A stretch of DNA of 32,000 bases from an uncultured Alphaproteobacteria bacterium (GCA_963931495.1 OZ007020.1:780001-812000); one strand, 5' to 3'; positions 15,372 through 22,705 are shown, counted from the stretch's first letter. Translations and numbers: made by a program. The notes: generated by a model not told the origin, from the sequence alone.

Positions 15372-17087
15372 TTATACATTGTAATATCCGTACATAGATA
15401 CAGATAATACAGTTACCGGTAATTGTTCATCACTGGATATTGTCCATGGGGCATCAACAGAATTCTTTTGACATCCCAACATATTTACCGAAATATCACC
15501 ACTGTATCCATTTGCGCCATCATCAAAAATGTAATTAGGAAACTGGACACGCAATCCGTTAATAAATAATGTTTTTGTGTCCAGAACACGCGCCGCAATC
15601 TTTCTGATTTTTAATAAACTGGCGTTATGTCCAGATGCGCGAACCGGTAATCCAGATGCGGTAAATGAAAAATCATATTCCCCGGCATCGTTTAATGCCC
15701 CCGATGAAAAACGTTCCAGATAAAAATTCACACCACGCGCAACAATTACATATGTTTCAGAACCAATTGTTGCCACAGATTTGAATTGACCCTGGGTTTT
15801 ATAGCGCGCCCACCCCGAAATTCCCAATGCAGAATTTTGGTTCAATACCGCCATATCGCCATTTTCCATAACAACAAACAACTGGCGCCATTCTTCGTTA
15901 TATGACATATCTATGGGCGATTGCATCAAGTGTTTCGCCTGGGTACACAAATCATTCGCATTGTAATATTCGCCCAATTGATCCAGACTTAATTCACGAA
16001 TGTCTTTTTCGGTACTGGAAATAAATACTGTTGCCCCCTCTATTTTTTGTGGCGGCAGGTATCGTGTGGCAACACTGCCCACAGATGTGTGCTGTTTGAT
16101 ATCAACAGACGATGGGGTTAATGGCTTGCTGGATATCGCCCATTCGCCAAAATTAGTCAGAATTTGCAAGTTATCACTGCTGACCACGGTACAAATTTGT
16201 TGACGTTGTTGTGATAACAATGTTATGAAAATTGCTTCGTCATCCAGTCCGGTACCAACATCAAAATTATTATGGTGGCCAACCTTGGACATCCAAACAC
16301 CACTGGGCCATGACCGTGAACCACCAAATACCAATCTGTCTTGATGAAATGTGATACTGCACGGCCACCCACGCCGGTCACTGAATGCGGATTCATACCA
16401 ATCAGATACCGGGGCCGACGGTAAACTGTATGTGCCATTAGTATATGCATAAACAACCGTTGGACTGATGTATTCCATTATGTACCATTGTTTATTCATC
16501 AACAGTAAACGTCCGCCTTCGTTTTGCGCGGTCCAAAAATTCTTGTTGGTTGTAAATGTTGCGAAATTATTGCCTTGGCTGTTTGAAGTAACTGTAATTT
16601 TTACATCCTTGGAATCATCAAATCGCATAAACGGGATGTTTATTGACATGTCTGAATCGTTGCGTTCAAATTCAAAGTCGCTTAATTCAAATCCATTATC
16701 CGTTTTGCGCAGTATATACGGTGAATAATCTGGGTGAACGAATATCATCGTATCAAATCGCTGTGCATATTGTATTTTATCCAGTGCACTTAATGGCCAC
16801 GGCGATGGAAGATTAGAAACAACCGCCACACCATCAAAAACCAATAAATTTTTGTTGCCCAGTACCAGTAAATAATTTCCTGTTTCGCCAAATGAAAATG
16901 GAACTAAACGCCCAGATCCGCCCAGCGTATCCACAGACACCAATCCACGTCGGCGCGTCAACCCACCACCAAACATAATATCCATATTTTCCAACATGGA
17001 CAAACCATTCAAATTATCATGCGCAAAAAATTCTGGGGCAACTTCGCCATCCGCAAAAGAATTTTGCGTCTTTATAAATTCAGCCAT
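15372..17087 (-). CDS. Tail tubular protein B / nozzle (T7 gp12-like)
   Basis: 571 aa. N-terminus 'QNSFADGEVAPEFFAHDNLNGL...GGLTRRRG' is typical of podophage nozzle proteins. It follows the gp11-like gene. Confidence 0.65.
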   Translation of the reverse strand: MAEFIKTQNSFADGEVAPEFFAHDNLNGLSMLENMDIMFGGGLTRRRGLVSVDTLGGSGRLVPFSFGETGNYLLVLGNKNLLVFDGVAVVSNLPSPWPLSALDKIQYAQRFDTMIFVHPDYSPYILRKTDNGFELSDFEFERNDSDMSINIPFMRFDDSKDVKITVTSNSQGNNFATFTTNKNFWTAQNEGGRLLLMNKQWYIMEYISPTVVYAYTNGTYSLPSAPVSDWYESAFSDRRGWPCSITFHQDRLVFGGSRSWPSGVWMSKVGHHNNFDVGTGLDDEAIFITLLSQQRQQICTVVSSDNLQILTNFGEWAISSKPLTPSSVDIKQHTSVGSVATRYLPPQKIEGATVFISSTEKDIRELSLDQLGEYYNANDLCTQAKHLMQSPIDMSYNEEWRQLFVVMENGDMAVLNQNSALGISGWARYKTQGQFKSVATIGSETYVIVARGVNFYLERFSSGALNDAGEYDFSFTASGLPVRASGHNASLLKIRKIAARVLDTKTLFINGLRVQFPNYIFDDGANGYSGDISVNMLGCQKNSVDAPWTISSDEQLPVTVLSVSMYGYYNV

Positions 17088-17107
17088 ACGGTTATCCTTT
17101 GTTTTAT

Positions 17108-17626
17108 TCAGAATCGTACATTTATTAACGAAAAATCATCTATGGCATTACTGGATGTCGTTGCACTGTCAATGAATTTCGCCGATTGTAATTCCGATTC
17201 ATACAAAGCCGCCAATGTGCGAAATACAGACTGGTCGCCAATCAGTGGAATGCAAAATTCCATCGCTAATTTTGTCGCCGCCAACGATATGAAGTATGCC
17301 GGCATGGATTCAACATCAACATGAACAATGCACAATATGTTCATTTTGTCTGATGGCGATATAATTTGATTGCCAATAATTTGCCCATTGCATTTCAATA
17401 CGCGCATGCATTCAGACGGCAAGAAAAAATCACCATCGGAATCGCGCACTAAATCAAATGACTTGCATGCAAAGCGCCATGGATGAATGGACAACAGTGC
17501 GTCTATGACCGGATTAAACAAAGTTCGCGATAATTGCGCCGCCGGGGAATCTTCTTGGATTGATTGAATTGGCTTTTCCCCCAGTTTTAATAACGCCATT
17601 GAACATAAATCTATTTTTGTCGTCAT
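17108..17626 (-). CDS. Tail tubular protein A / adaptor (T7 gp11-like)
   Basis: 'IDLCSMALLKLGEKPIQSIQEDSPAAQLSRTLFNPVIDALLSIHPWRFA' parallels T7 gp11 '[44 protein letters not shown]'. Confidence 0.7.
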   Translation of the reverse strand: MTTKIDLCSMALLKLGEKPIQSIQEDSPAAQLSRTLFNPVIDALLSIHPWRFACKSFDLVRDSDGDFFLPSECMRVLKCNGQIIGNQIISPSDKMNILCIVHVDVESMPAYFISLAATKLAMEFCIPLIGDQSVFRTLAALYESELQSAKFIDSATTSSNAIDDFSLINVRF

Positions 17627-17675
17627 TTTTTATCCTGTATGTAAAAAATGGGGCGAACAAACGCCCCAATCAAAA

Positions 17676-17903
17676 TTATGACAAATCACCAACTGTTACA
17701 CTGGTTGACACAGTAATTTTTTTAATACTGGTATTATCAGAACCATTAACGATTACTATATCGCCTGTATTCATCAACGTTTTTACATTGTCAAAATATC
17801 CAGATGCCACGATTGTTGCCAATGTTTCATTTGCCGAATAATGCCACAACGTAAATCCATTTGCATATGCAATTACAGATAAATTTTTATTCTGAAAAGC
17901 CAT
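17676..17903 (-). CDS. Small phage structural-module protein (75 aa), function unknown
   Basis: Intact ORF tightly packed between the capsid and adaptor genes. 'NGFTLWHYSANE...GYF...GDIVIV' pattern. Confidence 0.5.
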   Translation of the reverse strand: MAFQNKNLSVIAYANGFTLWHYSANETLATIVASGYFDNVKTLMNTGDIVIVNGSDNTSIKKITVSTSVTVGDLS

Positions 17904-17939
17904 CTGTTATTCCTTTGATTTATATGATTATTATGATAA

Positions 17940-18776
17940 TTATTCCGACACAGTATCGTCGTCTTTGCACTGCAAGCGAACAATACCATCGTTATCAATC
18001 AGAACCGCGCCTTGGGACATACTGTTGCTGATAAAGTGTGCCGCGCGTTCGCCATGCCATGAAATATCTGTTTTTACTTCTTGGCCACATGCATGTCCGA
18101 TGCTGGTTGCATGATAGATAAAGCAATCACGTTCATCAGTATTCGCCAATGGTAATGCATTGTACATAACCCACGTTATGCCCAACCATTTTTTTGATGC
18201 ACCGCCAGATACCAGCGGCAAATCATTACCAACATAATCCGCCGATACAAATTCATCCAACGACAACAGTTCATTCCACTGGTGCACACCGACAACAGCA
18301 AAGCGACGACCATCATCTGGGACATCGTTTTGATTCATAACTTCTATGGCCGACAAAATTAAATCTTTGGTCAGGCCTGTTGAATAATCGCCCACAGATG
18401 TCGTAGATTGATTCATTGCATTGATAATTAATTCATCTGTTTTGCGACCCAGTGCATACGCACCCGCAGACGCGACAACACGACGTTCATCAACATTTGT
18501 TTTTAATTCATCCAATGCATCAACCCAATCGCCGGCATAATAGTCTTGTAATATACATTCCACCGGTTCATGATTCAGATTCATAACTGGCACAATACCA
18601 TGGCGCGATTTTGTGCTGGCGGTACCACGCCCAACCTTTTGAAATGTTGTTGACGCGCCAACGACCCCAGATTTACTGCGTACCGTTGCGCGTAATTTTG
18701 TTCCCATTTGCTGGTATGCCAAATGAACATCGGCTTCAAATTGTTTTATAAAAACATTATCAACAGAAACAGACAT
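17940..18776 (-). CDS. Major capsid protein (HK97-fold family typical of BPP-1/epsilon15-like and alphaproteobacterial podophages)
   Basis: 278 aa. 'FIKQFEADVHLAYQQMGTKLRATVR...', 'YAGDWVDALDELKTNVDER', 'AYALGRKTDELIINAM'. SD 'aaaggaaaa'. Position after the scaffold gene. Confidence 0.8.
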   Translation of the reverse strand: MSVSVDNVFIKQFEADVHLAYQQMGTKLRATVRSKSGVVGASTTFQKVGRGTASTKSRHGIVPVMNLNHEPVECILQDYYAGDWVDALDELKTNVDERRVVASAGAYALGRKTDELIINAMNQSTTSVGDYSTGLTKDLILSAIEVMNQNDVPDDGRRFAVVGVHQWNELLSLDEFVSADYVGNDLPLVSGGASKKWLGITWVMYNALPLANTDERDCFIYHATSIGHACGQEVKTDISWHGERAAHFISNSMSQGAVLIDNDGIVRLQCKDDDTVSE

Positions 18777-18905
18777 TTAATTTTTCCTTTGGTTAAATTG
18801 AAATACAGTGCGTAAATAAATTACGCAAAAAAAATTTTGAATTGTGGTTATGCATAAAATATGCGCCATAAAACAAAACGCACACGGGTCCGAAACGGAT
18901 TGTCC

Positions 18906-18953
18906 AAAAAAATATTCAGTCTGATGTGCACATAAAATCAGACTGAATATTTT
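18906..18953 (-). terminator. Intrinsic terminator (16-bp perfect stem) upstream of the capsid gene
   Basis: aaatattcagtctgat / atcagactgaatattt with an 11-nt loop (gtgcacataaa). T-run follows on the minus strand. Confidence 0.6.
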
Positions 18954-18954
18954 A

Positions 18955-18980
18955 TATAAAAATACCCCGCAATTGCGGGG
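18955..18980 (-). terminator. Intrinsic terminator just after the H1-like gene
   Basis: ccccgc-aatt-gcgggg hairpin, followed on the minus strand by a T-rich tract. Confidence 0.7.
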
Positions 18981-19003
18981 AATATAAAAAGAATTAATTT
19001 ATA

Positions 19004-19348
19004 TTATTTTCTTTTTGCACATGCCTTTTTCGCCGCCGGTTTTTTGGCCGCAACTTTCTTTACAGCAACTTTTTTCGCAACTGGTTTTTTTGCCGCAACT
19101 TTCTTTACAGCGACTTTTTTTGCAACCGGTTTTTTGGCCGCAACTTTCTTTACAGCGACTTTTTTTGCAACCGGTTTTTTGGCCGCAACTTTTTTTGCAA
19201 CTGTTTTTTTTGCCGCAACTTTCTTTACAGCTGGTTTCTTGGCCGCTGGCTTTTTCGCAGCAACCTTTTTCACCGCCGGTTTTTTAGCAGCAGGTTTAGC
19301 AACAGGCTTTTTCGCGGCAGGTTTTGATTTGAAAATTTTGAATGGCAT
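19004..19348 (-). CDS. Lysine/alanine-rich histone H1-like (Hc/AlgP/BpH-type) DNA-binding protein
   Basis: 114 aa made almost entirely of AAKKP/VAKKV repeats. SD 'aaggagag'. Has its own terminators. The plus-strand ORFs over the same repeats are mirror artefacts. Confidence 0.8.
   Translation of the reverse strand: MPFKIFKSKPAAKKPVAKPAAKKPAVKKVAAKKPAAKKPAVKKVAAKKTVAKKVAAKKPVAKKVAVKKVAAKKPVAKKVAVKKVAAKKPVAKKVAVKKVAAKKPAAKKACAKRK
19047..19181. repeat. Tandem 45-bp DNA repeats (three near-identical units, flanked by degenerate copies) inside the H1-like gene
   Basis: ggccgcaactttctttacagcRactttttttgcaaccggtttttt repeated head to tail. Each unit encodes a 15-aa AAKKPVAKKVAVKKV block. Confidence 0.8.
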
Positions 19349-19453
19349 TCTTCTCTCCTTTTCTATTTGTTGGATAGAACAAATTTTTTTGTTCTTACTT
19401 TATATTTTATATTAATCAAAAAAAATAGTAAAGAAGAAAGTGAATTTTTTTAG

Positions 19454-20110
19454 TTACGAATACAATTTTTTAAATCCATTTTCAATTTTGCGAACGTATT
19501 CTGGATCCATATCACGCCAATATTTTGGGTCACGCATCATGCGACGCAATTCATCATCTGATAAAATTTTTTCACCACCATCATCGGTTTGTACGGTTGG
19601 TTCCATTGACTGCATCATTTGATATATGCCTTGGATTCCCTGGGGTGACGAGCACATTGCATCAAATGCATCATGCGGTAAATATTTTTCACCAAATGTA
19701 TTTATTGCACGTAATGCATCATACATTTTTTCGGTACCACCAAAAAAATTTTTTAATTCTGAAATTGCATCTGATTCATTTTTTATTTCAAATAAATCTG
19801 ATAACACAGGTGATAAAAATTCATTCGCAATATCATAAATTTTTTCAACTTGGGATGATGTTAAACCAATTTCTAAAAATTTTTCACGCAACGAATCGTC
19901 ATCAAACATTGGGCATGTTGGATATTCATTTGCATTTTCTGGCACGCCAATTGCGCGATTAAATTTTGCACGTAATTCAGAATCTGATTCAGACGTTGGT
20001 ACAGAAATCATTGTGCCAATCTTTTTTTCTAGTTCTGTATACGATTTTAATAACGCATCTGTATTTAACGTACCATCTTTATTCAGAAATTTTTCTGGAA
20101 TTTTTTCCAT
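19454..20110 (-). CDS. Capsid scaffolding protein (putative)
   Basis: Start at the internal ATG after SD 'aaaggaaag' (MEKIPEKFLNKDGTLNTDALLKSYTELEKKIG...). Acidic, helical, upstream of the capsid gene. The N-terminal motif recalls podophage scaffold proteins. Confidence 0.6.
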   Translation of the reverse strand: MEKIPEKFLNKDGTLNTDALLKSYTELEKKIGTMISVPTSESDSELRAKFNRAIGVPENANEYPTCPMFDDDSLREKFLEIGLTSSQVEKIYDIANEFLSPVLSDLFEIKNESDAISELKNFFGGTEKMYDALRAINTFGEKYLPHDAFDAMCSSPQGIQGIYQMMQSMEPTVQTDDGGEKILSDDELRRMMRDPKYWRDMDPEYVRKIENGFKKLYS

Positions 20111-20300
20111 TTTTCTTTCCTTTGGTTTCACTGGATTTGCGCAGAAAATAAATTCCGCCAAACATAAATATTGATTGCATCATTGTGAATACATCTGTGT
20201 CGCCCACCATATACGCGCCAACCGCAGACAGTATTCCAATGCCTGATATAATATACGTCCGGTGACCTGATAAAAATCCACCACTGATAATTTTGTTCAT
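20079..20300 (-). CDS. Holin-like small membrane protein
   Basis: MNKIISGGFLSGHRTYIISGIGILSAVGAYMVGD...MMQSIFMFGGIYFLRK followed by a basic tail. Two TM segments. Lies directly after the lysin gene. Confidence 0.5.
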   Translation of the reverse strand: MNKIISGGFLSGHRTYIISGIGILSAVGAYMVGDTDVFTMMQSIFMFGGIYFLRKSSETKGKKNGKNSRKISE

Positions 20301-20317
20301 AAAAATTCCCCTGGTTG

Positions 20318-20728
20318 TTACAGATAAAATAAAAATCCGTCTATGTCGGCGATATATCCGCGTGCGGTTGCCCATGACGGAATCACATCAGAACGATGAA
20401 AGCATGTCGCACCATAACACATATCACCCAACGTGCCGTTCAGCATTCTGTGCACAACACGCAGACACATTTGAAATCCACAATTTATTACATCCACAGA
20501 AATTAATTTATTATCTGGTGATTCTGGACGTAACACATCAAACAAATTAACATCTGATATAACATCATATAAATCGCGTCCAGTAACACGTGCATTATTT
20601 GCAACCAGTGATGCCATCATTTCAACCAATCGTAATGATTGCGCATGCGTTTGTGCATATAATATACGTGCGATTTTATATTCCAGCAATTTCGTTTCAT
20701 CTGGATTTTTTATCAATGTTAATTGCAT
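20318..20728 (-). CDS. SleB/CwlJ-type cell-wall hydrolase (phage endolysin-like)
   Basis: 'ARILYAQTHAQSLRLVEMMASLVANNAR' and 'GATCFH' match the Hydrolase_2 pattern (ARTIYGEARGE...NR; GATHFH). Confidence 0.7.
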   Translation of the reverse strand: MQLTLIKNPDETKLLEYKIARILYAQTHAQSLRLVEMMASLVANNARVTGRDLYDVISDVNLFDVLRPESPDNKLISVDVINCGFQMCLRVVHRMLNGTLGDMCYGATCFHRSDVIPSWATARGYIADIDGFLFYL

Positions 20729-20751
20729 GTTGTATATTCTCTTGCAGTTAT

Positions 20752-20778
20752 AAAAAAAAAGCGCACAACAATGTGCGC
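20752..20778 (-). terminator. Intrinsic terminator t2 immediately upstream of the lysin gene
   Basis: Minus strand gcgcaca-ttgt-tgtgcgc, followed by a run of about 9 T. Confidence 0.7.
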
Positions 20779-20785
20779 GGTCATG

Positions 20786-20816
20786 AAATAAAAAATCCGC
20801 CGAAAAATTTCGCGGA
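20786..20816 (-). terminator. Intrinsic terminator t1
   Basis: Minus strand tccgcg-aaattttt-cggcgga (bulged stem), followed by tttttta ttt. Confidence 0.5.
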
Positions 20817-20842
20817 CAAATTTATTCCTGTTTATGCGTGTC

Positions 20843-20871
20843 AGTATATCATATTTTGATGTAAAAGTCAA
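20843..20871 (-). promoter_or_regulatory. Near-consensus promoter (TTGACT-17-TATACT) at the head of the phage-derived operon
   Basis: Minus strand: ttgact tttacatcaaaatatga tatact gacacgcataaacagg. Located between the birA stop and t1/t2. Confidence 0.55.
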
Positions 20872-20887
20872 GAAAATATTTTTTACA

Positions 20888-21577
20888 TCACATTGTGATT
20901 TCGTCACCATATGCCAATGTATATTGCGCCCCCCGCCGCAACACCAATGCACCATTTTCATTTATCCCGATTAATTCAGCCGTATCGCCGCGATATTTCA
21001 CCGTCTTGTTTAATCCGGCGGCCAAATCCATCCACCGCGTACGTACGTCAACAAATTTTGTCCGACGCCATTTGTCCAAATTCTGCATCAATTTATTTAA
21101 TAAATCGGATTTTTCAATCTTGGCATATTTGTTCAATTTTGTTGTTTTGTAATTTTCAATTGTTGGACATGTCTTGATGTTTATACCAATGCCAACAATA
21201 ACAAATCGCCCAGCATACTCAATTAATATCCCCGAAACCTTTGCGCCATCTATTAATATATCATTTGGCCATTTTATTTTTGGATTAATGCCGAACGCAA
21301 TCAATGTTTCTGCAACAGCGACCGCAACAACATACGACAAACGCGGGTCACGTTCGTCATCAGAATTAAAAATAAAACTGGCATACAAATTGCCGTGATG
21401 TGATATCCACGTACGCTTGTACCGGCCACGTCCCGCAGATTGCGCCATTGCCATAATAACCGTGTGATCACGCGCGACACCGTCAGCCACCATATTCAAT
21501 GCATATGTTTGTGTACTGGGGATTTTATCAAAAGAAATCAGTTTATATCCGGCCAAGTTTATAAACCCCATTTTCAT
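20888..21577 (-). CDS. birA: Biotin--[acetyl-CoA-carboxylase] ligase (no N-terminal HTH)
   Basis: 'QSAGRGRYKRTWISHHGNLYAS', 'KWPNDILIDGAKVSGILIE'. Confidence 0.9.
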   Translation of the reverse strand: MKMGFINLAGYKLISFDKIPSTQTYALNMVADGVARDHTVIMAMAQSAGRGRYKRTWISHHGNLYASFIFNSDDERDPRLSYVVAVAVAETLIAFGINPKIKWPNDILIDGAKVSGILIEYAGRFVIVGIGINIKTCPTIENYKTTKLNKYAKIEKSDLLNKLMQNLDKWRRTKFVDVRTRWMDLAAGLNKTVKYRGDTAELIGINENGALVLRRGAQYTLAYGDEITM

Positions 21578-21992
21578 TTATAATAAAATCACGGCCGAAT
21601 GTTTTGCGCAATTGATAAATTGCGGTATCAACAGTATGCGTTGAAACATCTGGGGCGTACCCCAGCGCAATTCGCAAATCAACATTATTCAATCCGCCTG
21701 ATTTATACAGCGCAATTACAATACGCGCATGCAACGGTGACAAATGCACTGGACGTTTGAACACCGCATTCAAAATACCCGTACCATCCAAGGCCGACAT
21801 AATTGCCGCATTAATATCCATTGCCGATGCCGGCAGTTTTATATCCAATGTGTCAAAGTCAACATCGGCCATATTTATATCATCAACAACAGTGGCGCCG
21901 AAATCTGACAATATGTGGCGCCATACAGAATCTGATGTATATATTTTTATTCCATGTAACATTATATAAAGAATAATAAACACGTTTCGCAT
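21543..21992 (-). CDS. Winged-helix (OmpR/PhoB-type) DNA-binding protein with a short, degenerate N-terminal domain
   Basis: C-terminus 'LSPLHARIVIALYKSGG...STHTVDTAIYQLRKTFGRDFIINENGVYKL' fits the Trans_reg_C pattern. Start uncertain (alternative Met at 21962). Overlaps the birA start. Confidence 0.55.
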   Translation of the reverse strand: MRNVFIILYIMLHGIKIYTSDSVWRHILSDFGATVVDDINMADVDFDTLDIKLPASAMDINAAIMSALDGTGILNAVFKRPVHLSPLHARIVIALYKSGGLNNVDLRIALGYAPDVSTHTVDTAIYQLRKTFGRDFIINENGVYKLGRI

Positions 21993-22052
21993 TGTCCAAT
22001 AAAAAAGACCGCGGTAAAATATCGCGGTCCCATGTTGTCAAGATATGAAATA

Positions 22053-22298
22053 TTATTCGCGTTCTTTATTTTGTGGTTCTATGAATTTTGTAAAATCTTG
22101 GATACTGGCACCAGTTGATGACAGTATTTTTGAAATGCTGTTGGTTGATGGCCAACGTGGCTGGCCTTCTTTGGACCAACGCTTGCTGCGGTTAAATGTT
22201 GTTGGATCTAAACCGCTGCATTTTGCAAGCCCGGAACAAGACATTCCGTGCTCGGTAGCAAAGCGTTCAATTGCCCGCCAAACATCTTCATGGGTCAT
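22053..22298 (-). CDS. Stand-alone CI/Cro-type HTH protein (81 aa)
   Basis: 'MTHEDVWRAIERFATEHGMSCSGLAKCSGLDPTTFNRSKRWSKEGQPRWPSTNSISKIL' matches the N-terminal domain of alphaproteobacterial HTH-S24 repressors. No S24 domain is present here. Confidence 0.7.
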   Translation of the reverse strand: MTHEDVWRAIERFATEHGMSCSGLAKCSGLDPTTFNRSKRWSKEGQPRWPSTNSISKILSSTGASIQDFTKFIEPQNKERE

Positions 22299-22465
22299 GG
22301 TTCTCTCTCCTTGTTATAAAATTCGGCAAATATTGCCACCAGACTTTTATGTCTATTACTGATTTTATTCCATTCCGTCCCCATCAGCAACAAGGACAAT
22401 TTCCTAAAAAAACGCGGAAAATCGTCCCAAAAATAACACTAAAAAAAATTTTTTGACAAAAATAC

Positions 22466-22494
22466 TTGACAAATAACATAAAATGTATTACATT
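22466..22494 (+). promoter_or_regulatory. Promoter of the candidate sRNA (TTGACA-17-TACATT; a second TTGACA lies 13 nt upstream)
   Basis: ttgaca aataacataaaatgtat tacatt. Confidence 0.45.
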
Positions 22495-22499
22495 TCGAT

Positions 22500-22689
22500 T
22501 CGTCAAAGGGGAAAACCCCGGCGACGGGGTGCAAACCCCATGGGGTTCAGGGATTCAGACTCCCTCCTACATTCTCTCTCCTCTGGACTCTGGGCCCCAA
22601 ACTTGATTTAGAATGCCCAATTTCTTTTTCTCCTTTCCTTCCTTTCGGGGCATTCGGAAACACCGCCGGAAAACCGGCGGCGTTTTTTT
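22500..22689 (+). ncRNA. Candidate ~190-nt sRNA with G/C hairpins and CU-rich (anti-SD-like) single-stranded stretches
   Basis: Has its own promoter and its own terminator (ccgccgg-aaaa-ccggcgg followed by a run of about 7 T, 22663..22689). Hairpins ggggaaaacccc and ggggtgcaaacccc. An 8-bp stem gaatgccc/gggcattc closes a 28-nt loop 'aatttctttttctcctttccttcctttc'. The downstream gene has a separate consensus promoter. Confidence 0.5.
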
Positions 22690-22705
22690 ATCACGGCACC
22701 CAATA

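Larger units (their letters stand above)
6416..20871 (-). mobile_element. Phage-derived (podovirus, T7-supergroup-like) structural and lysis gene island next to tRNA-His; no integrase in the window
   Basis: Contiguous minus-strand genes for lysin, holin, scaffold, capsid, gp11-like, gp12-like, TerL, portal and MuF-GH108. Bounded on the left by tRNA-His repeats and on the right by a promoter/terminator cassette next to birA. Confidence 0.75.

Noticed and set aside
19047-19181. CRISPR-like array
   Set aside because: The repeats are contiguous 45-bp units without spacers and lie inside a coding sequence. There are no cas genes.
19015-19415. Plus-strand ORFs (90 and 123 aa, F/L/T-rich) over the K/A repeat
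   Set aside because: They are mirror frames of the tandem repeat. The minus-strand frame has an SD, a sensible start and two downstream terminators.
20781-20800. 'ggtcatgaaataaaaaatccgcc' as a degenerate attR copy of the tRNA-His repeat (ggtcatccgccccagaaataaaaaaacgccc)
   Set aside because: The match requires an 8-nt gap and consists mostly of an A-run preceding a terminator hairpin. It is better explained as a terminator (t1) of similar design, so the right boundary of the island remains undefined.
22500-22689. Possibility that the candidate RNA is the (two-piece) alphaproteobacterial tmRNA, SRP RNA or 6S RNA
   Set aside because: No T-arm/GGTTCGA-type loop with an ACCA end and no plausible tag ORF ending in hydrophobic 'LAA'-type residues. 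There is no SRP 'GGUGCUGUUUACCAGG...' core, and the 5' and 3' ends are not complementary as they are in 6S RNA.
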